Shown: piece after piece, positions 9,789 to 19,373 of the stretch
Layout: every line of letters begins with the position of its first letter
Numbering within the stretch: the stretch's first letter is position 1
Source of the DNA: a virus
Lineage: Duplodnaviria; Caudoviricetes
Reading direction: 5' to 3' (one strand)
DNA length: 52,712 nucleotides
IMG/VR virus record: IMGVR_UViG_3300010361_000015
Coordinates: 1-52,712 of that record
Made by a program: the position numbers and the translations under genes
The notes under the pieces: generated by a model
What the model saw: only the letters and a program-made list of their open reading frames with translations
Told to the model about the DNA's origin: nothing
The model's database searches: none

Positions 9789-11247
9789 AGCCACTTGCGT
9801 TCTTTTTTTTCTAACGTTGCTGGGGGCGAGCCCGGCGGCGGCGCAGACGTATGTCTATCTCAATCACAGCTCGTCTTCGCCGTGGACATTACCGAGCGAC
9901 TGGCCGGGGTGGGGGTATTTCGCCTGTCACGGGAACGGCGGCGCCGGCTCGGCGCGGACCAGCAGTACACGCGGCGGTCACGGCGGCGGTGGTGGAGAAT
10001 TCGCGGCCGAGCCCAATCTCATTGTCACGTCTAACCCCGCATTTTCGATCCAGCTTGGCAGTTCGGCCAGCAACACGACACTTACCGGTGACAGTGTAAC
10101 GCTCACCTGTCATCCGGGCAGTGCGGCAGTCAGCACGGGCGGTGCTGGCGGCACGGGCTCGACCAATACTATACACTTTGACGGAGGCGCCGGGCGCACG
10201 ACCCCGGCCGCAAATGCTTCGGGCGGCGGTGGCGGGTCAGCCGGCGATGTGGTCGGCGTTGGCACGACCGCGACCAGCAATATCGGCGGCGGGGCAAACC
10301 TCACAGCCGGTGGTCCTTATCAATGCTCAGCCGGCAGCAACGGGGTTGCCGGGTTCGAGTGGGGCTCATCGATCGGCGCGGGTTCGGGTGGCTGCGGCGC
10401 GGCGTCCGGCACCGCAAACGGCACGACGGGCGGCCAGTATGGCGGCGGCGGATCGGGTGCAGCAGACGGCTCGGCCGGCAGCACAGGCGGTGCTGGCGGC
10501 GACGCCGATATCGTAATTGTCTACTATCCGAAGAATACCGGCGGCTTGGCGCTCGCTGGCCCGCCGGTTATAGCAACTCCATCGGCAGGTACTAGCGCGG
10601 CGATCACAACTACCATTCATTATTTGAACGATCTCTACATCGTTGATATAGGATATTGCCGTACCGGACTATGCGCTGCCGGCACCGGGATCGCGGTATC
10701 GAGCGTATCCGATGGTTTAGGCAATTCATGTAACGCAGTCACGGGTGCCGCCTATACGGGCGCCAACGGCATAGGAGCGGCCTATTACTACTGTATCAGC
10801 AACGTGGCGACCGGCTCGGATACCATTACGGTGAACTTTGCCTCAAGTATTAGCTTGCCGCGACTGATCGTCAGCGAATGGTTGGGCGCGTCGCCGAACT
10901 TCGCCCCGGAGGTCGGGAACGGTACGAATGGGACCGCATCGACCGCCAGCATCTCGACCAATGGCGCTACTACGCGAGGTAACGCACTGATTATGGCGAG
11001 CGCGGCTAATGTTAGCAATAGCATTACCGCGAATGGCCAGACACTCATACAAGTGCCCCCGGTGGGGTACGTCAACTCTCCTAGTAGTGGCACAATGGTA
11101 TCGCCGACCGAATATCAAATTGGCGTTACTCCTAATACGTATACGAGTACGTTGACGCTAAACAACGCAACAGGGAAGTGGACATTTATTACTGCGGCGT
11201 TTGATCCGCGAGTGTGTACGCTAGCGATACTTGGAGCGGGATGCTAG
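9775..11247 (+). CDS. Glycine-rich fibre-like protein with signal peptide
   Basis: Hydrophobic leader ending AAA|Q; GGGGG-rich domain followed by a beta-sandwich-like domain. Confidence 0.65.
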   Translation: MPARRATCVLFFLTLLGASPAAAQTYVYLNHSSSSPWTLPSDWPGWGYFACHGNGGAGSARTSSTRGGHGGGGGEFAAEPNLIVTSNPAFSIQLGSSASNTTLTGDSVTLTCHPGSAAVSTGGAGGTGSTNTIHFDGGAGRTTPAANASGGGGGSAGDVVGVGTTATSNIGGGANLTAGGPYQCSAGSNGVAGFEWGSSIGAGSGGCGAASGTANGTTGGQYGGGGSGAADGSAGSTGGAGGDADIVIVYYPKNTGGLALAGPPVIATPSAGTSAAITTTIHYLNDLYIVDIGYCRTGLCAAGTGIAVSSVSDGLGNSCNAVTGAAYTGANGIGAAYYYCISNVATGSDTITVNFASSISLPRLIVSEWLGASPNFAPEVGNGTNGTASTASISTNGATTRGNALIMASAANVSNSITANGQTLIQVPPVGYVNSPSSGTMVSPTEYQIGVTPNTYTSTLTLNNATGKWTFITAAFDPRVCTLAILGAGC

Positions 11248-11259
11248 AGGGCCAAATGC

Positions 11260-11733
11260 ATGTTAACAATTCCGCTGCTGCTTGAGGATGGGGGCGGCCC
11301 TCTTCTCCTTGAGGATATTCCTGGCCCTCTTCTCCTTGATAATATCTTTGAGGTTATACTTGTCATTGGTTATCGCCAAGGATCGATCGCCGGTCCTAAC
11401 GCGAGCATAGCGGAAATTATCCATGACGAGGTGACTCCTACCCCTCCCTTTGGTCTGGAGTTTGATTTCTCGAATCTCTTAGCGTTGGGCGAGACAATAA
11501 CGCGGGTGATCAAAATTCGAATTGCCTCGGAACCTTCGGTATCAGCCGCTAATTCCGCCGTTATCGGAGGGTTTGGGGTTCCTCTTGCGCGGGTTGGGGT
11601 GCATGTTGTGCAGGAGCCGCAGGGTCGATTGTTGTGTGTGGTGGGCACCAGTTTTGCTCGCCGGATCAAGATGGAAGTAGTCACCGATCCTTCGGACCCG
11701 ATATTATCGATACCCTTTTTAGAGATGGCGTAA
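11260..11733 (+). CDS. Fibre adaptor-like protein
   Basis: Repeated LLLED motifs; FDFSNLL..GETIT adaptor-like motif. Confidence 0.5.
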   Translation: MLTIPLLLEDGGGPLLLEDIPGPLLLDNIFEVILVIGYRQGSIAGPNASIAEIIHDEVTPTPPFGLEFDFSNLLALGETITRVIKIRIASEPSVSAANSAVIGGFGVPLARVGVHVVQEPQGRLLCVVGTSFARRIKMEVVTDPSDPILSIPFLEMA

Positions 11734-11814
11734 AAACGGGCACCTGATGGGTCTCGCGGCGCTGTCACAAAAATTTTCCTGGAACTTTATATAAACGTTC
11801 ACGTACGATTAACT

Positions 11815-12567
11815 ATGGCAAGCCAACCCACGACAATCTTCGATGTCTTAGAGCGCGCGGATGAGATCCTCGCTGCGGTAACGATGACCGCGCAAACCAT
11901 CCCGCAATTTCAAGGGTTCGTGCAGGCGCAAACGGCGCTCCTGAACAATGTTCTGCAACAGGTAGTGGCGTTACAGCAACAGGTGACGTCGGAATCCACG
12001 GAAATCAGTAACGGGGCTCAACTCTTACAGGCCATCATCGCAGCGATGGGAACCGCATCCCAGCAGAATGAGATGGTTGGTCTTCTTCAACAGATCCTTA
12101 CCGCGATAGAAAGCGGCGGCGGCCCGTTTTCTAACTTCAAACCAATCAGGATTACCGTCGGCCGTCCGACGGATTTCATCGGAGGCAAAATGGCAAACAC
12201 TCAGTTACCCAACAATGTCGTTCGGCAGATGGATATCCTTGTCGAGGATGCGGCAGGGAACAAGGTGCCGGCCCCAGCAAACGATACCTTTACCGTTGCC
12301 GCGAACAATCCGACTATTATGGCGGCGACGTTCCTGGCGGGCAGCGCCTCACATTCCGGCAACCCGGCCGTTCAAATCAATGCGCTCGTACAGTCGGCGA
12401 CCGGAGCGAACGGGCCGTCATTCACATTATCGGATTCGGCGGGGCTTCAGTCGTTTACTGAAACTTTCGATGTCGTAGAGAACCAGACCCCGACGCAGCT
12501 GGCTGTCGATCAAACCGCACCGTTCGATCAGCCGCAACCGGTACCCACTACCCCCGGCCCAGGCTAA
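11815..12567 (+). CDS. Coiled-coil plus Ig-like protein, with a likely internal start at 12190
   Basis: Gln-rich helical N-half; beta C-half preceded by GGAGG-N4-ATG. Confidence 0.6.
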   Translation: MASQPTTIFDVLERADEILAAVTMTAQTIPQFQGFVQAQTALLNNVLQQVVALQQQVTSESTEISNGAQLLQAIIAAMGTASQQNEMVGLLQQILTAIESGGGPFSNFKPIRITVGRPTDFIGGKMANTQLPNNVVRQMDILVEDAAGNKVPAPANDTFTVAANNPTIMAATFLAGSASHSGNPAVQINALVQSATGANGPSFTLSDSAGLQSFTETFDVVENQTPTQLAVDQTAPFDQPQPVPTTPGPG

Positions 12568-12589
12568 CTCAAAGTTCCTCCCTCACTTG

Positions 12590-12624
12590 GGCGGCTTCCT
12601 CTCCGGGAAGCCGTCTTTTCTTTT
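12590..12624 (+). terminator. Rho-independent terminator
   Basis: GGCGGCTTCCT-ctcc-GGGAAGCCGTC stem followed by TTTTCTTTT. Confidence 0.8.
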
Positions 12625-12626
12625 GC

Positions 12627-12655
12627 TTGCGCGAACGCCGAGAACCCCATACAAT
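12627..12655 (+). promoter_or_regulatory. Putative sigma70-type promoter
   Basis: TTGCGC-N17-TACAAT directly after the terminator and upstream of ORF 12705. Confidence 0.45.
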
Positions 12656-12704
12656 TTCACAGCTGCGTATCTGTAGTTTCGTTGCAACGAAGGGATGATC
12701 GGTC

Positions 12705-13151
12705 ATGGCGGGATTTTCGGTTCACGATCTCGGCGATCCAGCGGGTGAGCCGCATGGCAAGCGAGCTCGTGGCGGCAAGGCCGACCACGATGAAGACGAG
12801 CGCGAACACGATGCCAAGGGTGGCACGGTGAAGTTGGCACGCGGTGGCAACAGCTCGATGAGCGATAAAGGGGCCAGCGACAAAAAGAAGGAAGCCAACG
12901 TTTATAACGCTGCGGGCTCGCCGACGATGGACGAAGCAAAGAACGAAACGCCCAGCTTTAACAAGGGTGGCCGTATGAAGCGCAAGGCTGGCGGCACCGC
13001 CGAGGGATTTGCTGCCGGCGGCCGGCTCGATCAACATGCTCGGCGTGCAAACGGCGGATCAACGCGGACTCCGTATAGTTCAGGATCTGTCTTGAGCGCA
13101 CCTCAGGATGATCGCCCGGGTCGCGGGTACGAAAATTCCAAGCCTGCTTAA
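12705..13151 (+). CDS. Charged low-complexity phage protein with xxGG motifs
   Basis: LARGG, FNKGG and FAAGG motifs. Confidence 0.65.
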   Translation: MAGFSVHDLGDPAGEPHGKRARGGKADHDEDEREHDAKGGTVKLARGGNSSMSDKGASDKKKEANVYNAAGSPTMDEAKNETPSFNKGGRMKRKAGGTAEGFAAGGRLDQHARRANGGSTRTPYSSGSVLSAPQDDRPGRGYENSKPA

Positions 13152-13220
13152 ATGCCCGTAGGGCGATCCTCGATCCCGCATCTCTTACAGCCGGGGTTGT
13201 CAAGTATCGAAGGAGGGCGC

Positions 13221-13634
13221 ATGGCAAAGCATCACGAGCCCGATGAAGACGATATGCCGAACCGACCGAAGCGTAAAGCGGGCGGCAAAGCGCGGGGGTT
13301 TGCTGCTGGTGGCCGTTTGGACCAGCGCCCACGCCGACAAATGGGCGGACCTGCTCCCGCACCGCCTGGTGGGATAGCAGGCCGTCCGCCGGTAATGCCG
13401 CCGCAGATGCCGGCGCCTCCACCCGCGCCACTTGGTGGCATAGCCGGGCGCCCTCCAGTGGCACCAGGTGTAGCGCCTGGAATGGTCGGGGGCCCCGCAG
13501 GCGTCCCACGGATGCCGGTACATCCAGCAGTTATGGGAGGAATGCCCGGAGGCATTACGCCACAGCAAGCCGCGCTCTTGCAGGCCCGCCCAGGGGGAGC
13601 AATGAAGCGAGGCGGGCGCGCCCACGATCGTTAG
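13221..13634 (+). CDS. Pro/Gly-rich phage protein with xxGG motifs
   Basis: Start reassigned after AGGAGG; FAAGGRLDQ shared with the previous ORF; ends MKRGG. Confidence 0.65.
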   Translation: MAKHHEPDEDDMPNRPKRKAGGKARGFAAGGRLDQRPRRQMGGPAPAPPGGIAGRPPVMPPQMPAPPPAPLGGIAGRPPVAPGVAPGMVGGPAGVPRMPVHPAVMGGMPGGITPQQAALLQARPGGAMKRGGRAHDR

Positions 13635-13645
13635 AGGATCGCGGC

Positions 13646-14284
13646 ATGGCGAAAAAAACCCACTTCGAAGTCGAGACCCTACGAGAGATCGCTGAGGATT
13701 CGGGTAAGGGTCACAAAATTAAGATCAAACGCAAAGATGGCGGAAGTGCCAAAGGTGGCACTTCGATGCGTCGCATGGATCAGCGTAGTCGTTCCGCCCC
13801 CCTGCGTCCCGGCATGGGCGGAGTAGCTTCGGGGATGCCGGCAGCGGATCCTGGCTCGGTAATGCCGACCCGTGTCATGCCGCGGCCGGTTGGCGCGGCT
13901 GTCCCTGCGGCCCTCGGTGCCGGAACAACACCCAGAGGGTTCAGGGACGGCGGCCGAACGCGCCAGCAGGTAGGCGGTAAAGCCGGCGGCAAATATCCTG
14001 AACGCGTCACTCGCCCGTGGGGCGTAGAGGATGAGGATAGGCAGGATCGATCGAGCGGCCGGTATGTCCCAGAGGATAAGGTGCCGCGGGATGATTACGC
14101 TGATGGTGGCTCAAGTCACTGGATAAAGGGAGCCATAAAACATCCCGGAGCCTTGCATCGTGAGCTTGGGATACCAGAAGGACAAAAAATCCCCGCTTCA
14201 AAGATCGAGAAGGCTACTCACTCAGACAATCCTACGCTTCGGCGCCGAGCTAATCTCGCGCAGACGCTGAAGAAGATGCACTGA
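13646..14284 (+). CDS. Phage protein with conserved C-terminal WIKGAIKHPGAL domain
   Basis: WIKGAIKHPGALHRELGIPEGQKIP...RANLAQTLKK recalled from related phages. Confidence 0.65.
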   Translation: MAKKTHFEVETLREIAEDSGKGHKIKIKRKDGGSAKGGTSMRRMDQRSRSAPLRPGMGGVASGMPAADPGSVMPTRVMPRPVGAAVPAALGAGTTPRGFRDGGRTRQQVGGKAGGKYPERVTRPWGVEDEDRQDRSSGRYVPEDKVPRDDYADGGSSHWIKGAIKHPGALHRELGIPEGQKIPASKIEKATHSDNPTLRRRANLAQTLKKMH

Positions 14285-14290
14285 TGCCCG

Positions 14291-15676
14291 ATGTCAGCGA
14301 TCCGAGGAACCACTTCCGGAACCTTTAACTTCCGGCCTGATTTCGCCGACTGGGTGGTCGAGTGTTTTGAGAGAATAGGAGTGGGCCCGACCGCCCTAGA
14401 CGATCCTCGCTACATCATCTCCGCCCGGCGCTCCGCGAACATCCTGGCAACCGACCTCGCCGCCAATCGCGGCGTGAATTTATGGTTGGTCGGAGATGAG
14501 ACGCTGAACGTTCCGCTCATCCCTGGAGAGGCGTCATATCTTCTCCCCGATAACGTGATTACGCTGCTGGATTGCTACCGGCGGCAATACACTCCCGACG
14601 AAGATTACCAGACGCTCGGCTTCGCGCCGCAAGTCATGACGAACGCAGACGGTGAGCCGATACTCTCGGCGCTTGGAGAACCGATGCTCATCGGGCCCGG
14701 CAGCGGCGTATTCTCGACGACAGCCGGCGATCAATTCGTGACGATGAATTGGCCGGCGCATGGGCGGGCTCCAGGCGATCCGATCTTCTTCTTTATGCCG
14801 GTCACGGCCGGTGCGATGTCGCTGACGAACTTCGCGATCGTAGCGGATGTGCTGGATAGCGATACGCTGCGGTTTCTCGCTCCAAGCCCAGCGGTTGTCT
14901 CGCATAATGGTACCGGTGGCACCGCGCTGTTCGTGTCTCACGCGGGGCTTGATTTCATTACTGTGATCATGCCGTTCCACGGCTATGTGGTTGGCGACAT
15001 GTTCCCGATCACAGTGCCTGCGGTGGTCGGGGGCATCACGTTGACAGGCATTTATACTGTCAATGAGGTGTTGACTCCTTATAGCTTCAACATAGCGACG
15101 ATCCCTCAAGCTCCGCTAACACCAGGGCTATGGTTGCTTGGGGTACCGACCTCCGGCCTTGGCGGTGGGCAAGTGCTCGCCGAGGGGGCCGGACCAAACC
15201 CGGTGGCTACGTCAACGCAAACCGTATTCGAGAATGGGGGCCAACTCTTGGTGACGAGCCAAGCGCCGGGCGTACTGATGAATGACATCATCATGTGGCC
15301 GGTCAGCCGCAATGATTACGCAGCCTTTCCTAATAAGAACGTCGAGGGCACGCCCTCAGTGTTCTGGTTCGACCGATCCGGCAAGCGCCGGATCTTTCTG
15401 TGGTCGACGCCGCAGGATGGGAGCCTCTGGGGCTTTATCGCTTATCGTATGCGGTACATGGAAGATATCGAACCGGATGCGTTGATCGACATGCCGCGCC
15501 GGTTTTTCGGCGCATGGAACGCTATGTTGACTGCCGCCTTAGCCGAAAAATTCCGCCCGGAGCTGTTCCAGGAAAAGACACAGCTTGCCGAGATCGCATG
15601 GGAGCGCGCCGCGAATGCTGACCGAGAGATGGTCAGCAGTTACATTGTGCCGCAGCTTCAATCTTATTATCGTTGA
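14291..15676 (+). CDS. Head-tail adaptor / tail tubular protein A-like, with inserted beta domains
   Basis: TTSGTFNF...ECFERIG...SARRSANIL...NRGVNLW N-terminus; SRNDYAAFPNK..GTPS C-terminal part. Confidence 0.7.
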   Translation: MSAIRGTTSGTFNFRPDFADWVVECFERIGVGPTALDDPRYIISARRSANILATDLAANRGVNLWLVGDETLNVPLIPGEASYLLPDNVITLLDCYRRQYTPDEDYQTLGFAPQVMTNADGEPILSALGEPMLIGPGSGVFSTTAGDQFVTMNWPAHGRAPGDPIFFFMPVTAGAMSLTNFAIVADVLDSDTLRFLAPSPAVVSHNGTGGTALFVSHAGLDFITVIMPFHGYVVGDMFPITVPAVVGGITLTGIYTVNEVLTPYSFNIATIPQAPLTPGLWLLGVPTSGLGGGQVLAEGAGPNPVATSTQTVFENGGQLLVTSQAPGVLMNDIIMWPVSRNDYAAFPNKNVEGTPSVFWFDRSGKRRIFLWSTPQDGSLWGFIAYRMRYMEDIEPDALIDMPRRFFGAWNAMLTAALAEKFRPELFQEKTQLAEIAWERAANADREMVSSYIVPQLQSYYR

Positions 15677-15723
15677 ATATCAATATGTTAGGCTGTCTCG
15701 CAAACTCATTTAGCAGATCATGC

Positions 15724-15751
15724 TAGACGTACGCACGCCTCAGGCTATAAT
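15724..15751 (+). promoter_or_regulatory. Putative sigma70-type promoter for the endonuclease gene
   Basis: TAGACG-N16-TATAAT. Confidence 0.45.
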
Positions 15752-15779
15752 GGCCCATTCCAAGATGGGGGTGTGCCAA

Positions 15780-16652
15780 ATGCCTATTGTATATCAAGTA
15801 ACTAATGTTGTTACAGGGGATCGATATATCGGCCATACGGTTCAACGGTTATCTTCGCGCAAAGGAAGTCATGTTTATAAAGCTAAGACAGGGCAAAGAA
15901 CTGATCGATTCCATCTAGCCCTTCGACGGTTTGGCCTTAGCCTGTTTCGATATGAGACTCTGGCCGAGTTTGACACGTGGGAAGAGACTCTTGAAGGAGA
16001 GAAGCGGCTTATACGGTTGTTACGGCCTGAATACAATATACGACAAAATGGCGAAAGTCCTGGCCGTAGACGCCCACCAGAAATCCCTAAACGACCTGCC
16101 CAATCGTCACTTGCCGGCGAGGAATGGCGTCCAGTCGATGGTTATGAAGAGCGCTATCAGGTATCATCGTTAGGACGCATAAGAAGCCTTGATTATTCAT
16201 TCCAAGCGCCGTTCAGTGCATCTCTAAATTCTGGCAGCACAATTCATTTGCGTGGCAAGATCCTAGCCCGTTCCAAGAACGGCAGTGGCACGCTGTGGTT
16301 CACTCCTGGCAGGGGAAAGACGCCGCTCGCCGTCCATGTTGTTGTTGCTAGAGCATTTCTAGGGCCGCGCCCTGAAGGAATGAATGTCCTTCATAAGGAT
16401 GATGATCATGGAAACTGTCGGCTGGATAACCTATACTACGGTACACAAAAGCAAAATATGGCGGACCGCGCTCGTAACGGCGGTTTCAAGGGTAGTCGTC
16501 CCCACGTGCTTTCTCTTACGCAAGTTGCGGAGATTAAGGCGTTGTTGATTAAGGGCGACTCTGATCGTGGGATCGCAAGGGCATATAATGTAACGCCTAG
16601 ATCCATAAGATTAATACGATTGGGAAGGAGCTATAAATATGTGGCCTCATGA
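15780..16652 (+). CDS. Homing endonuclease: GIY-YIG + NUMOD4 + HNH
   Basis: IVYQVTN...YIGHT; EEWRPVDGYEERYQVSSLGRIRS; VHVVVARAF...HKDDDHGNCRLDNLYYGT. Confidence 0.85.
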   Translation: MPIVYQVTNVVTGDRYIGHTVQRLSSRKGSHVYKAKTGQRTDRFHLALRRFGLSLFRYETLAEFDTWEETLEGEKRLIRLLRPEYNIRQNGESPGRRRPPEIPKRPAQSSLAGEEWRPVDGYEERYQVSSLGRIRSLDYSFQAPFSASLNSGSTIHLRGKILARSKNGSGTLWFTPGRGKTPLAVHVVVARAFLGPRPEGMNVLHKDDDHGNCRLDNLYYGTQKQNMADRARNGGFKGSRPHVLSLTQVAEIKALLIKGDSDRGIARAYNVTPRSIRLIRLGRSYKYVAS

Positions 16653-16977
16653 TCTTCGCTGTCCAACAAACCCATTCCGCCCGCAATATGTAGGATATTG
16701 CGAAAGGTGTGGGTTCAAATATTACTATGATGAATTTCGCTTTCAGTATGAATGGCGAGGGAATGCGCTTGTGAACCAGCAGATTTTAGTAGACCATCGT
16801 TGCGAGGACTTGCCCCAAGAAAATCTTCGGCCGGTGATTATTGGGCCAGACTCGATCCCACCAAAGCCGCGCCCAACTGCGGTGCACTTGGAACAAGAAA
16901 TGGCAGGGACGGGGTTGACGGCACCGCCGTCTCCGGGGACGCAGCTGGAGGTGCTCGGTGACGAGGCGTTGACATGA
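16639..16977 (+). CDS. Conserved Cys-motif phage protein
   Basis: CERCGFKY...EWRG...C.D.PQ motif typical downstream of the adaptor in this phage type. Confidence 0.65.
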   Translation: MWPHDLRCPTNPFRPQYVGYCERCGFKYYYDEFRFQYEWRGNALVNQQILVDHRCEDLPQENLRPVIIGPDSIPPKPRPTAVHLEQEMAGTGLTAPPSPGTQLEVLGDEALT

Positions 16978-17319
16978 CGCAGGACGAGATTAAAGAGCTA
17001 TTCAATCGAATTGTCGGCAAGCTTCAGGACGAAGGCTGGCCGGTGCCATATAATCAATCCGTCTATCCGACTCAGTCCGGGATAATCTGGCGAGAGGGCG
17101 ACGACGGGAGTGCGCTGTGCTTATCTTGGGATAAGGGCCATGCCTTTGCCGACAGGTGGACATTGAGCATGCAGGTACTGTTGGATAAGCGATATGTTAT
17201 GATCGATATCAGGCCGTCTTTAGAAATACATCCAGGAAGTCACCATGATGCAGAGACCATCTGCCGAGTGCTGCGGCATTTCCGCAGCGTGATTGATCCG
17301 CAAAGGCGTTGACATGACG
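16964..17319 (+). repeat. 16-bp direct repeat AGGCGTTGACATGACG at 16964-16979 and 17304-17319
   Basis: Exact match read from the sequence, 340 bp apart. Confidence 0.9.
16974..17312 (+). CDS. Hypothetical inserted gene
   Basis: 112 aa, bracketed by the 16-bp direct repeat. Confidence 0.6.
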   Translation: MTQDEIKELFNRIVGKLQDEGWPVPYNQSVYPTQSGIIWREGDDGSALCLSWDKGHAFADRWTLSMQVLLDKRYVMIDIRPSLEIHPGSHHDAETICRVLRHFRSVIDPQRR

Positions 17320-18564
17320 GCTTTCTGGCGCGCTTTGGCATTGCTGGCTTTGCTTTCCTCAAGCCCGGCACACGCGCAATCGTCGATCGACAATCTCTTC
17401 CCGGTCCCGGCGTTCCCATATCCTGACCCGGCAACGGTGCCGCCCGGCGAAAATCTATGGATGACCCAAGGCGGGATTGACTATCGCACGAGCATCACGC
17501 AACTCGGGGCAATCCTACAGACGAATTGTGCGACGATCATCGGTCCATTCTCGAACCAGCTTTGCTGGGACACGACCACAACGCCGGCTACGCTGAAGGT
17601 ATACCAGGGCGGGACATGGACAGCAGTTGTTCCTTCGGGGCAATTAGCTCCGATAAATTCGCCGCATTTCACCGGCATCCCGACGGCCCCAACGGCACCT
17701 CTAGGAACGAGCACAGATCAAATCGCCACAACTGCTTTTGTCGCGGCCTCGCAAAAGGTAAAGCTCGCGACCACACAAATTCTTTACGTGTCACCTAGCG
17801 GCATTGATGCTAACAATAATTGTACGGTGCAAACGGCCCCATGCGGCTCAATTCAGAATGCTGTAAATCAAGCTTATAATAGCTATGATTTGAATGGCAG
17901 CCAAATGCTGATACAGCTTGTTGGAACTACACCAGCTGTTTTCGGGGCCGGCGTCAATATATCTGGAGCCTTGGCTGGCCAGTTAGGCGCTGCTGGTCTC
18001 ACAATACAAGGCGATGTTAATAATCCTGATAATTATGTCATTTCTTGTGCCGGGACATGTTTTGTCGCTAGATTTGGAGCGCGATACCAGTTGCAAGGAG
18101 TAAAAATTACATCGACTTCCGGCGACTGCATATGGGCGCACGATTTTGGAGAGATTGTCGTGAATGGCGTTGATTTTGGCGCGGCGGCTTTAGATCACGT
18201 CAGAACATCTGAATTCGGTACATTCCGCGCTATCGGTGATTATGTAATCTCTGGGTCGGCACAAAGACATTGGCAAGCCGATCGTTATGGTGCGGTGTTT
18301 GGTTGGAATGTCGATGGATTCCAAGCACCTGTTCCCGTGACGATAAACCTTGTCGGGACGCCTGCTTTTCTTACCTTTGCTGCGGCGCACAAAATTGGGT
18401 TGATCGATGCGGCAAATGATATCTTTACCGGATCTGGAGCGACAGGGACTCGATTCCTTGTGGATAGCCAAGCCCAGATCCAGACAGGCGGCGGGGGCGC
18501 TAACTTCCTACCGGGCAATGTTGCCGGGACGGCGGATGGTGCCAGCTTTGGACTCTATCAGTAA
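17314..18564 (+). CDS. Tail fibre/spike with signal peptide and beta-helix-like C-terminus
   Basis: MTAFWRALALLALLSSSPAHA; APINSPHFTGIPTAPT...QIATTAFV fibre motif; LYVSPSGIDANN. Confidence 0.75.
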   Translation: MTAFWRALALLALLSSSPAHAQSSIDNLFPVPAFPYPDPATVPPGENLWMTQGGIDYRTSITQLGAILQTNCATIIGPFSNQLCWDTTTTPATLKVYQGGTWTAVVPSGQLAPINSPHFTGIPTAPTAPLGTSTDQIATTAFVAASQKVKLATTQILYVSPSGIDANNNCTVQTAPCGSIQNAVNQAYNSYDLNGSQMLIQLVGTTPAVFGAGVNISGALAGQLGAAGLTIQGDVNNPDNYVISCAGTCFVARFGARYQLQGVKITSTSGDCIWAHDFGEIVVNGVDFGAAALDHVRTSEFGTFRAIGDYVISGSAQRHWQADRYGAVFGWNVDGFQAPVPVTINLVGTPAFLTFAAAHKIGLIDAANDIFTGSGATGTRFLVDSQAQIQTGGGGANFLPGNVAGTADGASFGLYQ

Positions 18565-18566
18565 CA

Positions 18567-19373
18567 ATGGACTATCCGGCCTATCGCGCGCTGTTGGCTA
18601 CCGAACTTGTCATGGCAGACGCTAGTGGGTTGGCATTGCTCGATGCGACACTGCCCCAAATCATTAGCTTTGCCGAGGATCGTATCTACCAGGATAGCGA
18701 TCTTGATTTCCTTGGTACACACACGGTAGATGCCACGACGTTCACGTTTCCAGGACAGAGGTATGTCAACATTCCCCTGATGTTTGTGATCATCGAAGAA
18801 GTGTCGTTGATCACGCCTACCGACGCGCAGCCAGATGCGCGCGGCTCGAAACGTGTTCCGCTTCTTAGAACGACTCAAGCGTTTGTCGATTCGGTGTGGC
18901 CGAGTGTGAGCAAAGTCCGGGCGCCGCAGCCATATCAGACCTATTTCGCGATCCCGGCGCAAAGCGTCGTGCTCGACGCGAACAACGCTCCGATGGGGAA
19001 AATCTATATCGCGCCGACGGTAGACAGTCAGTATGTGGTCGAGATTCGCGGGACGTTCGAGCCTACGCCGATCTCTGTGGCAAACCCGACCACATTCCTC
19101 AGCCTGTACTACCCGAGTCTCTTTTTCGCGGCCTCGATGGCGATTGCGACGGGCGTGCTACTCAAAAACTTTGGCGCGCAATCAGACAATGCTCCGCAGG
19201 CTATCTCGTGGGAGATGCAGTACAACATCCAGAAGCAATCGGCGGTTAAGAGGGTACAGCGTCAACACTCATGGGGACCGGGATGGGTGCCGTCATTCCC
19301 GGTGATCGGGGCTCTCCCGCGGTTTGCTCCGATACCGACACCTCAGCCTCAGCAAGGTGCTCAGACAGGGTGA
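18567..19373 (+). CDS. Head-tail adaptor protein
   Basis: MDY...IISFAEDRIYQD, IAPTVD..Y.VEI, TTFLS..YP.L motifs. Confidence 0.7.
   Translation: MDYPAYRALLATELVMADASGLALLDATLPQIISFAEDRIYQDSDLDFLGTHTVDATTFTFPGQRYVNIPLMFVIIEEVSLITPTDAQPDARGSKRVPLLRTTQAFVDSVWPSVSKVRAPQPYQTYFAIPAQSVVLDANNAPMGKIYIAPTVDSQYVVEIRGTFEPTPISVANPTTFLSLYYPSLFFAASMAIATGVLLKNFGAQSDNAPQAISWEMQYNIQKQSAVKRVQRQHSWGPGWVPSFPVIGALPRFAPIPTPQPQQGAQTG

Noticed and set aside
1618-15312. Numerous minus-strand ORFs opposite structural genes
   Set aside because: GC-rich shadow frames over well-supported plus-strand genes
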